Of a DNA stretch of 64,000 nt, positions 27,819 through 38,214 are shown in pieces. The notes under the pieces were generated by a model. The model saw only the letters and a program-made list of their open reading frames with translations, was not told the origin of the DNA and searched no databases. The DNA is from Nibricoccus sp. (GTDB lineage Bacteria > Verrucomicrobiota > Verrucomicrobiia > Opitutales > Opitutaceae). Numbering within the stretch: the first letter of the stretch is position 1; every line of letters begins with the position of its first letter. The stretch is taken from assembly GCA_047602425.1 (NCBI GenBank), contig JASGHG010000001.1, positions 2,016,001 to 2,080,000 on the forward strand, read 5' to 3'. Position numbers and translations under genes: made by a program.

Positions 27819-28691
27819 TCACGCGGGTCGCACAAAAACCAAATCCGCCCACTCACCCATTAGGCGCGATTCGCAGGTCCAGGTCGGTACAAGCAACGTG
27901 AACCGCTCGCGCACTTTGTCGATTTCCTGCGCAAGAATGCCACTCATGGCCAGCATGCCGCCGCGCGCCACCGCGCCCGTCAATTCACAGCCAAAGCGCA
28001 TCAGCACGTCGGCCTGAATATTCGCCAGCAAAACGTCCGCCGGCTTGCCAACCAGCCCGGTCGTGAGATCGCCGGTAAAAAATCTCAGCTTGCCAGCAAC
28101 TCCGTTCAACACCGCGTTTTCCTCGCTCACGCGCACGGCTTCGGGATCGTTATCGAACCCAACCACATCGCTAAAACCAAGCTTGTGCGCCGACAGAGCC
28201 AGAATTCCGGAACCGCAACCCGCGTCGACCACCCGGCCCGTCGTGCCGTGTTTTTCCGCGAAAGCCACGAGCCGCTCCACGCAAAGGCGCGTCGTTTCGT
28301 GATTACCCGTGCCAAACGCCAATCCCGGATCGAGCCAGATCACCGCCTCGCCCGCCGGTAATTTGAAATTTTCGCGTTCCCAAACCGGCACCCAGTGCAA
28401 ACGCCCAAATTTCCACGCCTTGAAATGAGCCTTGTAACTTTCGCGCCAGTCCTGATCCGCCAAAACGTGCAAATTCCCTTCGTCAATCGGCGTGCCGGGC
28501 AGCAATGGCTTCAATTCCGCCCAAGCCGCCCGAGCCTGCGCTTCGCTCTCAAACACACCGACAATCCAGGCCCGGCGCACAATCACGTCCTCTAGCACAC
28601 TCCAGTTTTCCACGCCAAGCTCCAGCAAGAGCGTGTCCACAGCTTCGACTTCGGCAGGAGCGATCTCGATTTTAAATTCGAACAAATTCAT
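27819..28691 (-). CDS. prmA: Ribosomal protein L11 methyltransferase
   Basis: DW...[40 protein letters not shown]. Confidence 0.93.
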   Translation of the reverse strand: MNLFEFKIEIAPAEVEAVDTLLLELGVENWSVLEDVIVRRAWIVGVFESEAQARAAWAELKPLLPGTPIDEGNLHVLADQDWRESYKAHFKAWKFGRLHWVPVWERENFKLPAGEAVIWLDPGLAFGTGNHETTRLCVERLVAFAEKHGTTGRVVDAGCGSGILALSAHKLGFSDVVGFDNDPEAVRVSEENAVLNGVAGKLRFFTGDLTTGLVGKPADVLLANIQADVLMRFGCELTGAVARGGMLAMSGILAQEIDKVRERFTLLVPTWTCESRLMGEWADLVFVRPA

Positions 28692-28787
28692 TTAGCGCTA
28701 GCACACGACGACGCGTCCAGCGCCGCAATGCCAAACCTCGGCCGCTGCGCGCTCGACTCCGCCCCTCCGTCCGTTTCCCTAGCAAGC

Positions 28788-30740
28788 ATGTCCGCGTCAC
28801 GCCCTGCCCCACCCAAATCGCCCGCCAACACGTCGGCGAACATGGGCCATCTGTTTGGCGGCGTTGTTCTCGTTCTGCTCATCGTCCTCGCCTATGCCAA
28901 CACCTTTCAGGTTCCATTGCTGTTCGATGACGAGCCTTCGATTGCAAAAAACGAAAGTATTCGACATCTCGCTACAATCTTCTCGCCACCCAAAAACGGC
29001 GAACCCGTCACCGGCCGTCCGCTGCTCAACGCCTCTTTTGCGCTCAACTATGCACTCACCGGCCTTTCGCTTCCCGGTCTTCACCTAACCAATATCCTGA
29101 TACACACGCTTGCCGCGCTCACGCTGTTCGGGGTGCTTCGCCGCACGCTCAAATTGCCCGCGCTCCGCGAAAAATTCTCCAATTCCGCCGATCTATTCGC
29201 CTGGTTCGCCACCGCGCTCTGGGCTTTGCACCCGCTGCAAACCGAATCCGTCACCTACCTTTCGCAGCGCGCCGAATCTCTCGTCGGACTTTTCTATCTG
29301 CTCGCGCTCTATTCGTTTATTCGCGCCAACGAAGTTTTGGCTTCGCGCCGCTGGTTGTTGCTCACTTGGTTCGTCTGCCTAGCGGGAGTCTCCGCGAAGG
29401 AGGTCATGGTGACCTTCCCAGTCGTCGCGCTGCTCTATGAACGCATTTTTTTGCGCGGCAGTTTCCGCGAATGCTGGCAGCACAACAGCCGGCTGTACCT
29501 CGCGCTCGGCAGCACGTGGCTCCTGCTGGCCTGGCTGGTCTTCAGCGGCAGCGCGCGTGGAAACACTGTCGGGTTTGCCGGCAACGTCACTTGGTGGGGC
29601 TACCTCTGCACGCAGGGCTACGCGATCGTACGCTATCTTGTTTTAGCGGTTTTTCCCAGTTCGCTTAGCTTCGACTATGGTCCGCTTGTCGTAAAAAATT
29701 CCGCTGTTGTCGCGTTGTGTGGTGCGCTGGTCCTTGCACTCCTGACCGCCACCGGCATCGCTTTCAAGCGTCGTCCTGCTCTCGGCTTTTTCGGAGCGTG
29801 GTTTTTTCTGATCCTCGCGCCCACTTCGAGCGTGGTCCCCGTCATCACGCAGACGGTGGCCGAGCATCGCCTTTATCTGCCGCTCGCCGCGCTCACCACC
29901 GGCGTGACCCTTCTCCTCTGGCACTGCCCGCGGAAAATTCAGTTTGCCGCGCTGGGAACTTTGGTTCTATCAAGCGGTTTTATAACATTTCAGCGCAATA
30001 GCACCTATCGTTCCGCAACCAGCCTTTGGGAAGACACGGTCGCCAAACGCCCCGAGAACCCCCGCGCTCTCAACAATCTCGGCCTGCTCTACGTGAAACA
30101 AAAGCAGTACGACGAGGGCATAAGAACGTTGCGTAAGGTCCTCACTCTCGACCCCGGCACCACGGAAACAAACTACAACCTCGGCTATGCCCTCACCCGT
30201 CTAGGTCGAGACGAGGAAGCTCTGAAATATTACCAAGCCGCGCTCACGGCCAAGGCCGACAATCTTGACGCCCTCGTCAACTATGCCGCCGCGTTGCTTC
30301 GCCTCGGACGTATCGACGAATCCATGACACAAAACCTCGCTGCCCTCCGCCTCGCTCCGCAGCAGGCCGAGGCTCATCACAATTTAGGACAAGCCCTGCT
30401 TCGCACCGGTCGCACCGCTGAAGGCTTCGATCATCTCTATAAAGCCGTGCAACTCGCACCCAATGACGACGGATTTTTCCGAGTCTTCGTCAGCCGCCTG
30501 CTCGAAACCGGCCGCTCAGCCGATGCCATTTCCGCCTGCGAAATAAGACTCCAACAAAATCCGTCGGCCGATCTCTACACCTACGCTGGCGTTCTCTACG
30601 CGCAAAACCGCCAACTCGAAAAAGCCCGCGATGCGTTTCAAGCCGCACTCCGTCTGGACCCCACTCACAACGAAGCTACCCAAAACCTCGCCCGCGCCAC
30701 CGCCCTGCTCGAAAAACATTCCTCCACCCCGTCTCACTGA
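28788..30740 (+). CDS. TMTC-like multi-TM GT-C fold protein with C-terminal TPRs (paralog 1)
   Basis: FDD..SI..N, GRPLLNASFALNY, HPLQTESVTY.SQRAE, KE, AEHRLYLP, LWEDTV.K.P.N.RA.NNLG TPR array. Confidence 0.82.
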   Translation: MSASRPAPPKSPANTSANMGHLFGGVVLVLLIVLAYANTFQVPLLFDDEPSIAKNESIRHLATIFSPPKNGEPVTGRPLLNASFALNYALTGLSLPGLHLTNILIHTLAALTLFGVLRRTLKLPALREKFSNSADLFAWFATALWALHPLQTESVTYLSQRAESLVGLFYLLALYSFIRANEVLASRRWLLLTWFVCLAGVSAKEVMVTFPVVALLYERIFLRGSFRECWQHNSRLYLALGSTWLLLAWLVFSGSARGNTVGFAGNVTWWGYLCTQGYAIVRYLVLAVFPSSLSFDYGPLVVKNSAVVALCGALVLALLTATGIAFKRRPALGFFGAWFFLILAPTSSVVPVITQTVAEHRLYLPLAALTTGVTLLLWHCPRKIQFAALGTLVLSSGFITFQRNSTYRSATSLWEDTVAKRPENPRALNNLGLLYVKQKQYDEGIRTLRKVLTLDPGTTETNYNLGYALTRLGRDEEALKYYQAALTAKADNLDALVNYAAALLRLGRIDESMTQNLAALRLAPQQAEAHHNLGQALLRTGRTAEGFDHLYKAVQLAPNDDGFFRVFVSRLLETGRSADAISACEIRLQQNPSADLYTYAGVLYAQNRQLEKARDAFQAALRLDPTHNEATQNLARATALLEKHSSTPSH

Positions 30741-30761
30741 TCGTCTCCCCGCTTCCCACTA

Positions 30762-30893
30762 AAACCGTTTGTCATCTATTAAATGACAAACCTGCATTTT
30801 TGTAAGATCTGCATTTTTTGGAAGATCGTCCCTTCGAGGATGACGGGGTCGCAAACAGACCGCTTTGTAGTTTAATAGATGACATAACGGTTT
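30762..30893. repeat. 132-bp MITE/REP-doublet-like element with ~29-bp terminal inverted repeats
   Basis: AAACCGTTTGTCATCTATTAAATGACAAA versus the reverse complement AAACCGTTATGTCATCTATTAAACTACAAA; internal tandem CTGCATTTTT(T)G(T/G)AAGATC. Confidence 0.7.
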
Positions 30894-31022
30894 AATAGGA
30901 CTAACTCGGGTTTACCTCAACAGACTATACATAGGCCGGCGCGAGAGGCCGATGCCATGTTCGCAGATGGACAGGGCTAGGTAGCGCTGGACTCTGGGCG
31001 CGGCGCTTGTTGACCTTTCGCC

Positions 31023-33203
31023 ATGTCCGCTCCCAAAGCAAAAGCCACCATTGCGCCGCCCGCCCCCGGCGTTGCATTCGGTCCGGGCGATCGTTTTGGT
31101 TCCCCCCGCTTTCTTTTTTTGGGCGCCGTGTTGCTGACCCTGCTGGTTTTTGGTGCATTCATCAACGGCATCAAAGGTCCGTACATTTTCGACGACGCTG
31201 ATTCGATCCTGAATAACACCAGCATTCGCTCGTTCAAAACCGCGCTCATGCCGCCGATGCAAAACGGCATCACGGTTAGCGGTCGTCCTGTCCTCAACTT
31301 CAGTTTCGCGATCAACTATCTCTTTTGCGAAACACGCAACGAGGGCGTGCATCTTGGCAACATCCTCATCCATGCGCTGGCCGCGCTTGCCTTCTGGGGA
31401 GTGGTTCGTCGAACACTGACGATGCCCGCCCTCACAGGACGCTTTGCGCACAATGCCACCTGGCTGGCGTGGTTCGCCGCCGCACTCTGGGCCGTGCATC
31501 CGCTGCAAACCGAATCAGTGACTTATGCGGTGCAACGTGCGGAATCCCTCGTCGGCCTGTTTTATCTCTTCACGTTGTATTGCTTCATTCGCTACACGAA
31601 AACGCGCAGCTCGATCTGGTTTCTTTCCTCAGCGACTGTCTGCCTGCTCGGCATGGGAACGAAAGAGGTCATGGCCACCGCGCCATTCATAATTTTTCTC
31701 TATGATCGCACATTCGTGAGCGGCAGCTTCAAAAAAGCCTGGCAACAACATCGCTGGCTGCATCTGGTCCACGCCGCCACTTTGCTTTTGCTGGCCGCAC
31801 TTGTAATCGCCACGAAATCGCGCGGCGGCTCGGTCGGCACCGACGACACCGTTACGCGCTGGGGCTATCTCTGCACGCAGGCATACGCTGCTGTGCATTA
31901 TGTACAACTCAGTGTCTGGCCAGCCGGTCTTGCGCTCGACTATGGCACGCTCGTGGTACGCGATATGCTCACAATTGTCTCTTGTGGATTGATCGTTATT
32001 GGCGCAATGGTCGCGACGGGCTGGACTCTCGTGCGCCGTCCCGCGTCGGGTTTTCTTGCCGCTTGGTTCTTCGCCGTTCTTGCACCCAGTTCCAGCTTCA
32101 TTCCGGTCAATACGCAGACGGTCGCTGAACATCGCGTCTATCTCGCGCTCGGCGCAATCGTCGTTGCGGCAGCAGTCCTCACCTGCAAATTCCTCGGCCG
32201 CCGCAGTTGGATTCCACTGGGCCTTCTCATTGTACCCATCGCCACCGCAACGGTCGCACGCAATCGTTTTTATCTGAACGAGGTCACCATTTGGGAGGAT
32301 ACCGTGGCCAAACGCCCGGAAAACTATCGCGCGTGGGTCAGCCTCGGTGCCTACCGATTGCACAAGGAGAAAAATCCGGCTGCCGCGGAAAAGGACTTTG
32401 AACGCGCACTGGCATTAAAACCAAACCACAAAGAAGGTCTAAATTGTCTCGGCCAGACCTGGGTCAAACTCGGCCGGCATGCCGAAGGCCTGGCCTTGAT
32501 CGTGCAATCGCTGCAGATCGACCCGGAAAATCCCGGTCTCAACGCAGGAGCCGGGGGCGCTTATATGGACGCCGGTCGCTATGAGCAGGCTTTGCCGCAT
32601 TTCACAAAAGCCCTCGAACCAAATCCCACCAACAGCACGATCAACTATAACCTCGCCAACTGCCTGATGAAGCTCGGCCGCGATGCCGAGGCTGAGCGAC
32701 GTTTTCGCGTTGCGATTGAAGGCAGTCCGGACGACATCGATGCGCTTAACAACCTCGGCACACTTCTGCGTCGCAATGGCCGGATCGATGAAGCCATTGG
32801 TTTTTTCAGTCGTGCGATAGAGCTTTTCCCTGGTTCGGCCAAGGCCCACAACAATCTTGGTGTCGCCTTCATGATGCAGCGCAAAACGGACGATGGCCTA
32901 AAGCATCTTCGTGAAGCCAGACGCTTGGAACCCGAATCCTACGAAACACGTTCCAATCTTGCGCAGGCGCTGACCCATACCGGCCAAATTGACGAAGCTA
33001 TTCCGCTCTGTGAGCAACTCCTCAAAGAAAAGCCCGACGCCGAACTCGCCAACAACCTCGGCGTGCTCTACGGCCAACTCGGCCAGCTCGACAAAGCCGA
33101 ACAAGCCTTTCACACCGCACTCAAAGTCGATCCCAATCACGCCAGTGCCCGCGAGAATTACGAAAAACTCCGCGCGTATCTCGACGCGCGACACCAGCAG
33201 TGA
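31023..33203 (+). CDS. TMTC-like multi-TM GT-C fold protein with C-terminal TPRs (paralog 2)
   Basis: FDDADSILNN, GRPVLNFSFAINY, HPLQTESVTYAVQRAE, KE, AEHRVYL, longer TPR array. Confidence 0.82.
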   Translation: MSAPKAKATIAPPAPGVAFGPGDRFGSPRFLFLGAVLLTLLVFGAFINGIKGPYIFDDADSILNNTSIRSFKTALMPPMQNGITVSGRPVLNFSFAINYLFCETRNEGVHLGNILIHALAALAFWGVVRRTLTMPALTGRFAHNATWLAWFAAALWAVHPLQTESVTYAVQRAESLVGLFYLFTLYCFIRYTKTRSSIWFLSSATVCLLGMGTKEVMATAPFIIFLYDRTFVSGSFKKAWQQHRWLHLVHAATLLLLAALVIATKSRGGSVGTDDTVTRWGYLCTQAYAAVHYVQLSVWPAGLALDYGTLVVRDMLTIVSCGLIVIGAMVATGWTLVRRPASGFLAAWFFAVLAPSSSFIPVNTQTVAEHRVYLALGAIVVAAAVLTCKFLGRRSWIPLGLLIVPIATATVARNRFYLNEVTIWEDTVAKRPENYRAWVSLGAYRLHKEKNPAAAEKDFERALALKPNHKEGLNCLGQTWVKLGRHAEGLALIVQSLQIDPENPGLNAGAGGAYMDAGRYEQALPHFTKALEPNPTNSTINYNLANCLMKLGRDAEAERRFRVAIEGSPDDIDALNNLGTLLRRNGRIDEAIGFFSRAIELFPGSAKAHNNLGVAFMMQRKTDDGLKHLREARRLEPESYETRSNLAQALTHTGQIDEAIPLCEQLLKEKPDAELANNLGVLYGQLGQLDKAEQAFHTALKVDPNHASARENYEKLRAYLDARHQQ

Positions 33204-33782
33204 TCAACGCTTCGATCCGCTCAATCGCGCGATAACGGCAGGTAATAAAGCGTGTTCGGCCGCGTGAACCTTGGCCTCCAACGATTCCAGCGTATCAGTT
33301 TCCTCGATACGGATCGCAGTTTGATCGATAATTGGTCCGCCATCGACCTCGGCCGTCACGTAGTGAACCGTACAACCGGTGATTTTTACGCCACGGCGCC
33401 AAGCCTGGCCGATACCATCAAGACCGGGAAAACTCGGGAGCAGACTCGGGTGCAGATTGATGATCTTTCCGGCAAAGGCGTCGATAAAACGCGGCTTCAG
33501 AATGCGCATAAATCCTGCGAGTACCACCAAGTCGGGGCGTAGTGCCGTAATACCATCGATGTAACGCGTCTCGCCTGCGTCGTCGAATTTTGTCTTGAAC
33601 GGTCCTGGATCGAGGAATGCCGCCGGCACGCCGAACTTTTTGCCATGCGCTAAAATTCCCGCCTCGCGCCTATCGGCAAAGATCTGCGTCACCTTCGCGT
33701 TCCCAAGCTCGCCGGCGGCTTGCGCGCGCAGGATTGCCTCGGCGTTGCTGCCCCGACCGGAACCAAGAATGACGATTTTCAT
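33204..33782 (-). CDS. purN: Phosphoribosylglycinamide formyltransferase
   Basis: [32 protein letters not shown]...VDGGPII. Confidence 0.95.
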   Translation of the reverse strand: MKIVILGSGRGSNAEAILRAQAAGELGNAKVTQIFADRREAGILAHGKKFGVPAAFLDPGPFKTKFDDAGETRYIDGITALRPDLVVLAGFMRILKPRFIDAFAGKIINLHPSLLPSFPGLDGIGQAWRRGVKITGCTVHYVTAEVDGGPIIDQTAIRIEETDTLESLEAKVHAAEHALLPAVIARLSGSKR

Positions 33783-33797
33783 GAACGGGATTTCAGG

Positions 33798-34298
33798 TCA
33801 GACCTCGCCCGCGGCTTTGATTTTCGCGATCAAATTGGTGGTGCTGAAGCCCGGCAGAAATGGCATGAATTTGATCTGCGCACCGACCTGCTCAAGCGCG
33901 CGGCGTTCGTCAGGATCGAGTTTTTCGAGCGTGTAATCGCCCGCCTTGCAGTAGACGTCCGGTTTGAGCGCCAGGATTTCCGCGGTCAGACGTTTGTTTT
34001 GGAATACCACGATGCCATCGACAAACCAGGTCGCGGCGAGGGCGTAGGCGCGATGTTCCTCAGCCTGCACGGGACGGAGCGGACCTTTGAGTTCGCGCAC
34101 ACTGCGATCACCGTTGAGCGCAATGAAGAGCGCGTCACCCAGGGCGCGCGCCTGCTGCAAATAAAAAAGGTGACCCGTGTGGAGAAGATCGAACACCCCA
34201 TTGGTCAGCACCACGCGTTTGCCTGCGGCACGAAGTCTTTCGCGCGCAGACACTGCGGCCTCCAGCGAGGCATGGAGCTTGGGGTTTTCGAGAGTCAT
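33798..34298 (-). CDS. D-glycero-beta-D-manno-heptose 1-phosphate adenylyltransferase (stand-alone RfaE domain II / HldC-like)
   Basis: TNGVFDLLHTGH, N.D.SVR.LKG..RP, STTN.I. Confidence 0.88.
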   Translation of the reverse strand: MTLENPKLHASLEAAVSARERLRAAGKRVVLTNGVFDLLHTGHLFYLQQARALGDALFIALNGDRSVRELKGPLRPVQAEEHRAYALAATWFVDGIVVFQNKRLTAEILALKPDVYCKAGDYTLEKLDPDERRALEQVGAQIKFMPFLPGFSTTNLIAKIKAAGEV

Positions 34299-34301
34299 CG
34301 G

Positions 34302-35462
34302 TCAGCTGAAGTATTTCTTGGCCTTCTCAAAAAAGCTTCTGGCCATTGGTTCGTTGGCATCGCCGCTGAGAAGTGCGAATTCCTCAAGTTTTTTCCGCGC
34401 TTCCGAGGAAAGATTGGTGGGAACTTCGACATGCACCCGGACCAGCTGGTCGCCATGATGGCCACCACGGAGATTGGGCAGGCCCTTCGATTTGAGGCGA
34501 AACGTCGTGCCGCTCTGCGTGCCAACCGGAATCTTGAGCGAGGCCTTGCCGGAAAGCGTTGGAACTTCGATTGTGCCGCCGAGCGTGGCGAGCGTGAACT
34601 TGATCGGTATTTCGCAAAACAAGTCGTCGCCCTGACGTTCGAAGATCTCGTGCTCTTTTACCGATAGCACAATGTAAAGGTCTCCGGCCTGGCCGCCCGA
34701 CATGCCAGCCTCGCCGTTTCCAACCGACCGCAGCCGCGAGCCTGTATCGACGCCGGGCGGGATTCGAACGTTGAGCTTGGTGTTCTTGGCAACGCGACCT
34801 TCACCTCGACAGGCGGTGCAGGCCTTTTCAACCTTCGATCCCGCGCCACCGCAGGTCGGGCAAGTCTGGGTGAAGGTAATAATGCCGCCGGAGCGCCGAA
34901 TCTGGCCGGCGCCGCGGCAGGTCGGGCAAGTGACTTTTTTCGAGCCAGGCTCCGCACCCGAACCATCGCAACGGTCACAAGTGACGGCCTTGCGGAAGGA
35001 AATTTCCTTCTCCACGCCGCGGGCCGCCTCTTCGAGGGTGATTTCGAGATCGTAACGCAGGTCGGCGCCATCGCGCCCGCCGTCACGGCCACCGCCGCCG
35101 CCAAAAAATTCTTCGAAAATGCCGCCGGCGCCACCGCCGCCACCACCGGCTCCGAATACTTCCCGAAAGATGTCGAATGGATCGTGGAAACCACCGCCCA
35201 TGCCGCCGGCTCCGCGTGGACCCGCGCCACCGCCCTGTTGGAAGGCGGCATGGCCATAACGGTCGTAGGCCGCGCGTTTCTGCGGATCCTTGAGCACTTC
35301 GTAGGCTTCGGAGACTTTTTTGAACATCTCCTCAGCTTCCTTATTACCCTGATTTTTGTCGGGATGATATTGGACGGCTTTTTTTCGATACGCCTTTTTC
35401 AGGTCGTCTTCGGAAGCGTTTTTCTCAACGCCGAGCAGTTCGTAATAATCTTCTTTGGCCAT
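34302..35462 (-). CDS. dnaJ: Chaperone DnaJ
   Basis: [13 protein letters not shown] region, four CxxCxGxG repeats. Confidence 0.97.
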   Translation of the reverse strand: MAKEDYYELLGVEKNASEDDLKKAYRKKAVQYHPDKNQGNKEAEEMFKKVSEAYEVLKDPQKRAAYDRYGHAAFQQGGGAGPRGAGGMGGGFHDPFDIFREVFGAGGGGGGAGGIFEEFFGGGGGRDGGRDGADLRYDLEITLEEAARGVEKEISFRKAVTCDRCDGSGAEPGSKKVTCPTCRGAGQIRRSGGIITFTQTCPTCGGAGSKVEKACTACRGEGRVAKNTKLNVRIPPGVDTGSRLRSVGNGEAGMSGGQAGDLYIVLSVKEHEIFERQGDDLFCEIPIKFTLATLGGTIEVPTLSGKASLKIPVGTQSGTTFRLKSKGLPNLRGGHHGDQLVRVHVEVPTNLSSEARKKLEEFALLSGDANEPMARSFFEKAKKYFS

Positions 35463-35511
35463 GTTGGTTGATTTTGGAGACACGTCCGCGGATTAGCGGC
35501 GCCGACCCGGT

Positions 35512-36132
35512 TCAGGCTCCGGCCTCCGTTTTCGCGGGGCCACTGGAAAGGATGACCGAGGCGGGGCGGAGCAGGCGGCCGTTGAGCGCATAGCCAACGC
35601 GGACGACCTGCAAAACCGAACCTTCCGCCACCTCCTTGCTGGGCTGGCTGGCGATGGATTCGTGCTGGTTGGGATCGAATTTTTCGCCCACCGGGTTGAT
35701 TTCTTTCAAACCGTGATTGACGAGCGCGCCTTTCAACTGGCCGAGAACCATCTCGATGCCTCCGACCAAAGTTTTAAGATCCGCATTCGGCGCTTTGGCC
35801 GCCCCGATGCCGAGCGCGAGGTTGTCGAGCACGGGAAGCAGATCTTCGAGCACGCGGCCGGCCGCAAATTGGCGAAGTTCGTCCTTTTCGCGGACAACGC
35901 GACGGCGGAAATTTTCCAAGTCCGCCATGGCGCGCACATAATGATCGTGGCTTTTCGCAGCGGCTTTTTTCGCCTCGTCGAGCTGCTGTTCCAGACTGGG
36001 GCCGGCCGCAGGCGTTTCGACTTTTGCGGGTTCAGGTGCAGCCTCCGGCGCAGGTTTTTGCTCGGCCGGAGCTGGGGCCGGATTGGCGGCCACATTGGTC
36101 TTGGAAGGATCGGGAGTTTCAGACGCGGTCAT
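35512..36132 (-). CDS. grpE: Nucleotide exchange factor GrpE
   Basis: ADLENFRRR, LLPVLDNL, FDPNQHE, GY.LNGRLLRPA.V. Confidence 0.96.
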   Translation of the reverse strand: MTASETPDPSKTNVAANPAPAPAEQKPAPEAAPEPAKVETPAAGPSLEQQLDEAKKAAAKSHDHYVRAMADLENFRRRVVREKDELRQFAAGRVLEDLLPVLDNLALGIGAAKAPNADLKTLVGGIEMVLGQLKGALVNHGLKEINPVGEKFDPNQHESIASQPSKEVAEGSVLQVVRVGYALNGRLLRPASVILSSGPAKTEAGA

Positions 36133-36150
36133 GTTGAACCGCGGAGTAAA

Positions 36151-37131
36151 CTACGGCTTCTGCGATTCTTCAAGTTTCTCGACAACCGTTTTTAATGGGT
36201 CGGCCGCCTGCTCGGTTTTGGGTTTGAGCATCGGGTCAACCGGTTGAGTGGCAGCACCAAATGCCTTGCCGATGTCGCCCGGAATCAGACCCTGAATGGC
36301 TGCGCCGACGGACTGCAGGCTCTTAAACGCGAAGGGCGCCATGAGCTGCTTGGGGTCGGTGAAATCATTGAAGGTGTAGTGAAGCTTGCACTTGTATTCG
36401 CGAATATCGGGGGTCGCGGCCATGTAGTCGGCCACAATGACTCGATCGAGGCTGAGCTCCAGGCGGCGGATCGTGAACCGCATCGGTTTCTCAACCGGAA
36501 CGACCTCAGCCTCCTTGGAATTTGATTTTTTATCCTTGGCCGCCGTTTCGCCGGTTTTGGCTCTGGCCTTGGGATCGGCAGGAGAAGTCTTCGCCGGTTC
36601 GGCTTTGGGTTTGACCGGACCGCCTTGGGTCGCGGAGGCGTCGCGAACGGGCTCATCTTTTCCAAAAAGCTTCTTCTTTTCGTCGCCTTCGTTTTCCGCA
36701 CGCGGAGGCGGATTGAGCCGGTCGTTGAAAAGCTGGCTGTTCAGGACACCGTCGGCGTCGCGCACGAGCGCAACATAGGCGACCTCGATGCGGGCATAGT
36801 CAAAAACGGGATGATTGCTGAACAGGGTCTGCATTTGCGCATTCGCATTGAAGGACGTGACCTCGATGAAATGCGGACGAGGAAAACCAGGCGGGTTGGA
36901 AATCACCAACCCTGTGAGATCGACGCGAGCGGTGAAGGGATTGAACGCCATCTGCGTGATCTTCACCCGGAAACCCGTGTGCTTTTGTAGTGTGCTGGCC
37001 AATACAACCGGCAGAAAATAGACCCACGCCGCAGCAATCACACAACCAAACACTACAAAGAAAACCAGCAGCTTCATCAGTGTTCCGCCGCGGTTGCCCG
37101 CCTTCGTGATGCCAATGTTGTGTGCGTTCAT
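36151..37131 (-). CDS. AsmA-like N-terminally anchored envelope protein
   Basis: N-terminal TM; TG..V.I......P......L.GL.ISNP.GF; ATGA overlap with the manA stop. Confidence 0.55.
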   Translation of the reverse strand: MNAHNIGITKAGNRGGTLMKLLVFFVVFGCVIAAAWVYFLPVVLASTLQKHTGFRVKITQMAFNPFTARVDLTGLVISNPPGFPRPHFIEVTSFNANAQMQTLFSNHPVFDYARIEVAYVALVRDADGVLNSQLFNDRLNPPPRAENEGDEKKKLFGKDEPVRDASATQGGPVKPKAEPAKTSPADPKARAKTGETAAKDKKSNSKEAEVVPVEKPMRFTIRRLELSLDRVIVADYMAATPDIREYKCKLHYTFNDFTDPKQLMAPFAFKSLQSVGAAIQGLIPGDIGKAFGAATQPVDPMLKPKTEQAADPLKTVVEKLEESQKP

Positions 37132-38108
37132 GTTGTGATCTGGGAGAAATTCTCCGTGACGAGCAATACGGAGGGACCAGCCGCCTCGCAACTCATCGTG
37201 CTATCAAAAGGCAGTAAAACATTCTCACCGGCAACCAGCTTTGAGGCACCATTTCCGCCGCCATCCGCCACCGCCAAAGTCAATTCGCCACTCACTACAC
37301 TAATAATCCTCGCTTGCTCACGCGGGGCGAAGCTCAGGCTTTCTCCCTTGGCCAGCGGCACGCGATGGATGCAAAACTCCTCCGCGTCAGCGATAACCGC
37401 AGCCTTGTTTTCCGCACGCTGCGGCACCGGCTCAAAATCGTCCCACTTGATCGAGCGGAGCGATTCCGCCACATGCATTTGACGCGGTTTGCCATCGAGT
37501 CCCACACGACCCCAATCGTAAACGCGGTACGTCGTATCCGAGTTTTGCTGGATTTCGAGGATCAGATTGCCCGCATCGATCGCATGCACCTGCCCGCTTC
37601 GAACCAATATGGAGTCGCCTGCGGCCACGGGAAAACGATGCACGCAGGACTCCAGCGTATTGTTGCGGATCGCAGTCTCGAACTGTTCGCGAGTCACACC
37701 GCGTTTTAGTCCGACGATCAACGACGAGCCGGGCGTCGTGGCCGCGATGAACCAGTTTTCCGTCTTGGGTTCGCCTTTGAGTTCCGGCGCCACCGCAGCC
37801 GGCGGGTGCACTTGCAAGCTCAGCCGTTCGCGGCAATCGAGCCATTTAACCAATATGGGGAAACGCTGCTCTTTGGCCCAACCGGGCCCCATCAGCCAAG
37901 CGCCGCGCCGCTCAATCACTTCGCGTAAAGTCCAGCCATCCAACTCACCACCGACAACCCGGGATTGCGCCTCCGGCCGATCCACAATCTCCCAGCTCTC
38001 GCCAATCGGGCCGCCCGCCGGCAAAGCCCTCGAAAACGCCTTGGAGAGCTCTTTACCGCCCCAAACTCGTTCTTGATAAATGGGTTGGAACTTTAGGAGT
38101 TGTTGCAT
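37128..38108 (-). CDS. manA: Type I phosphomannose isomerase
   Basis: VWGG, GESWE, FPILVK.LD....LSLQVHP, KTE.W, VHAI, EIQQNSD.TYRVYDW.R. Confidence 0.9.
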   Translation of the reverse strand: MQQLLKFQPIYQERVWGGKELSKAFSRALPAGGPIGESWEIVDRPEAQSRVVGGELDGWTLREVIERRGAWLMGPGWAKEQRFPILVKWLDCRERLSLQVHPPAAVAPELKGEPKTENWFIAATTPGSSLIVGLKRGVTREQFETAIRNNTLESCVHRFPVAAGDSILVRSGQVHAIDAGNLILEIQQNSDTTYRVYDWGRVGLDGKPRQMHVAESLRSIKWDDFEPVPQRAENKAAVIADAEEFCIHRVPLAKGESLSFAPREQARIISVVSGELTLAVADGGGNGASKLVAGENVLLPFDSTMSCEAAGPSVLLVTENFSQITT

Positions 38109-38214
38109 GGTATTAGCAAGAATTTTGTGAATTTGCTGACAACGCTTTATAAAATTGACCGGACCTCGCGGCAGTCCGGGAATCGCCGCGGGACAGCTCG
38201 GTTACATAAATCAC

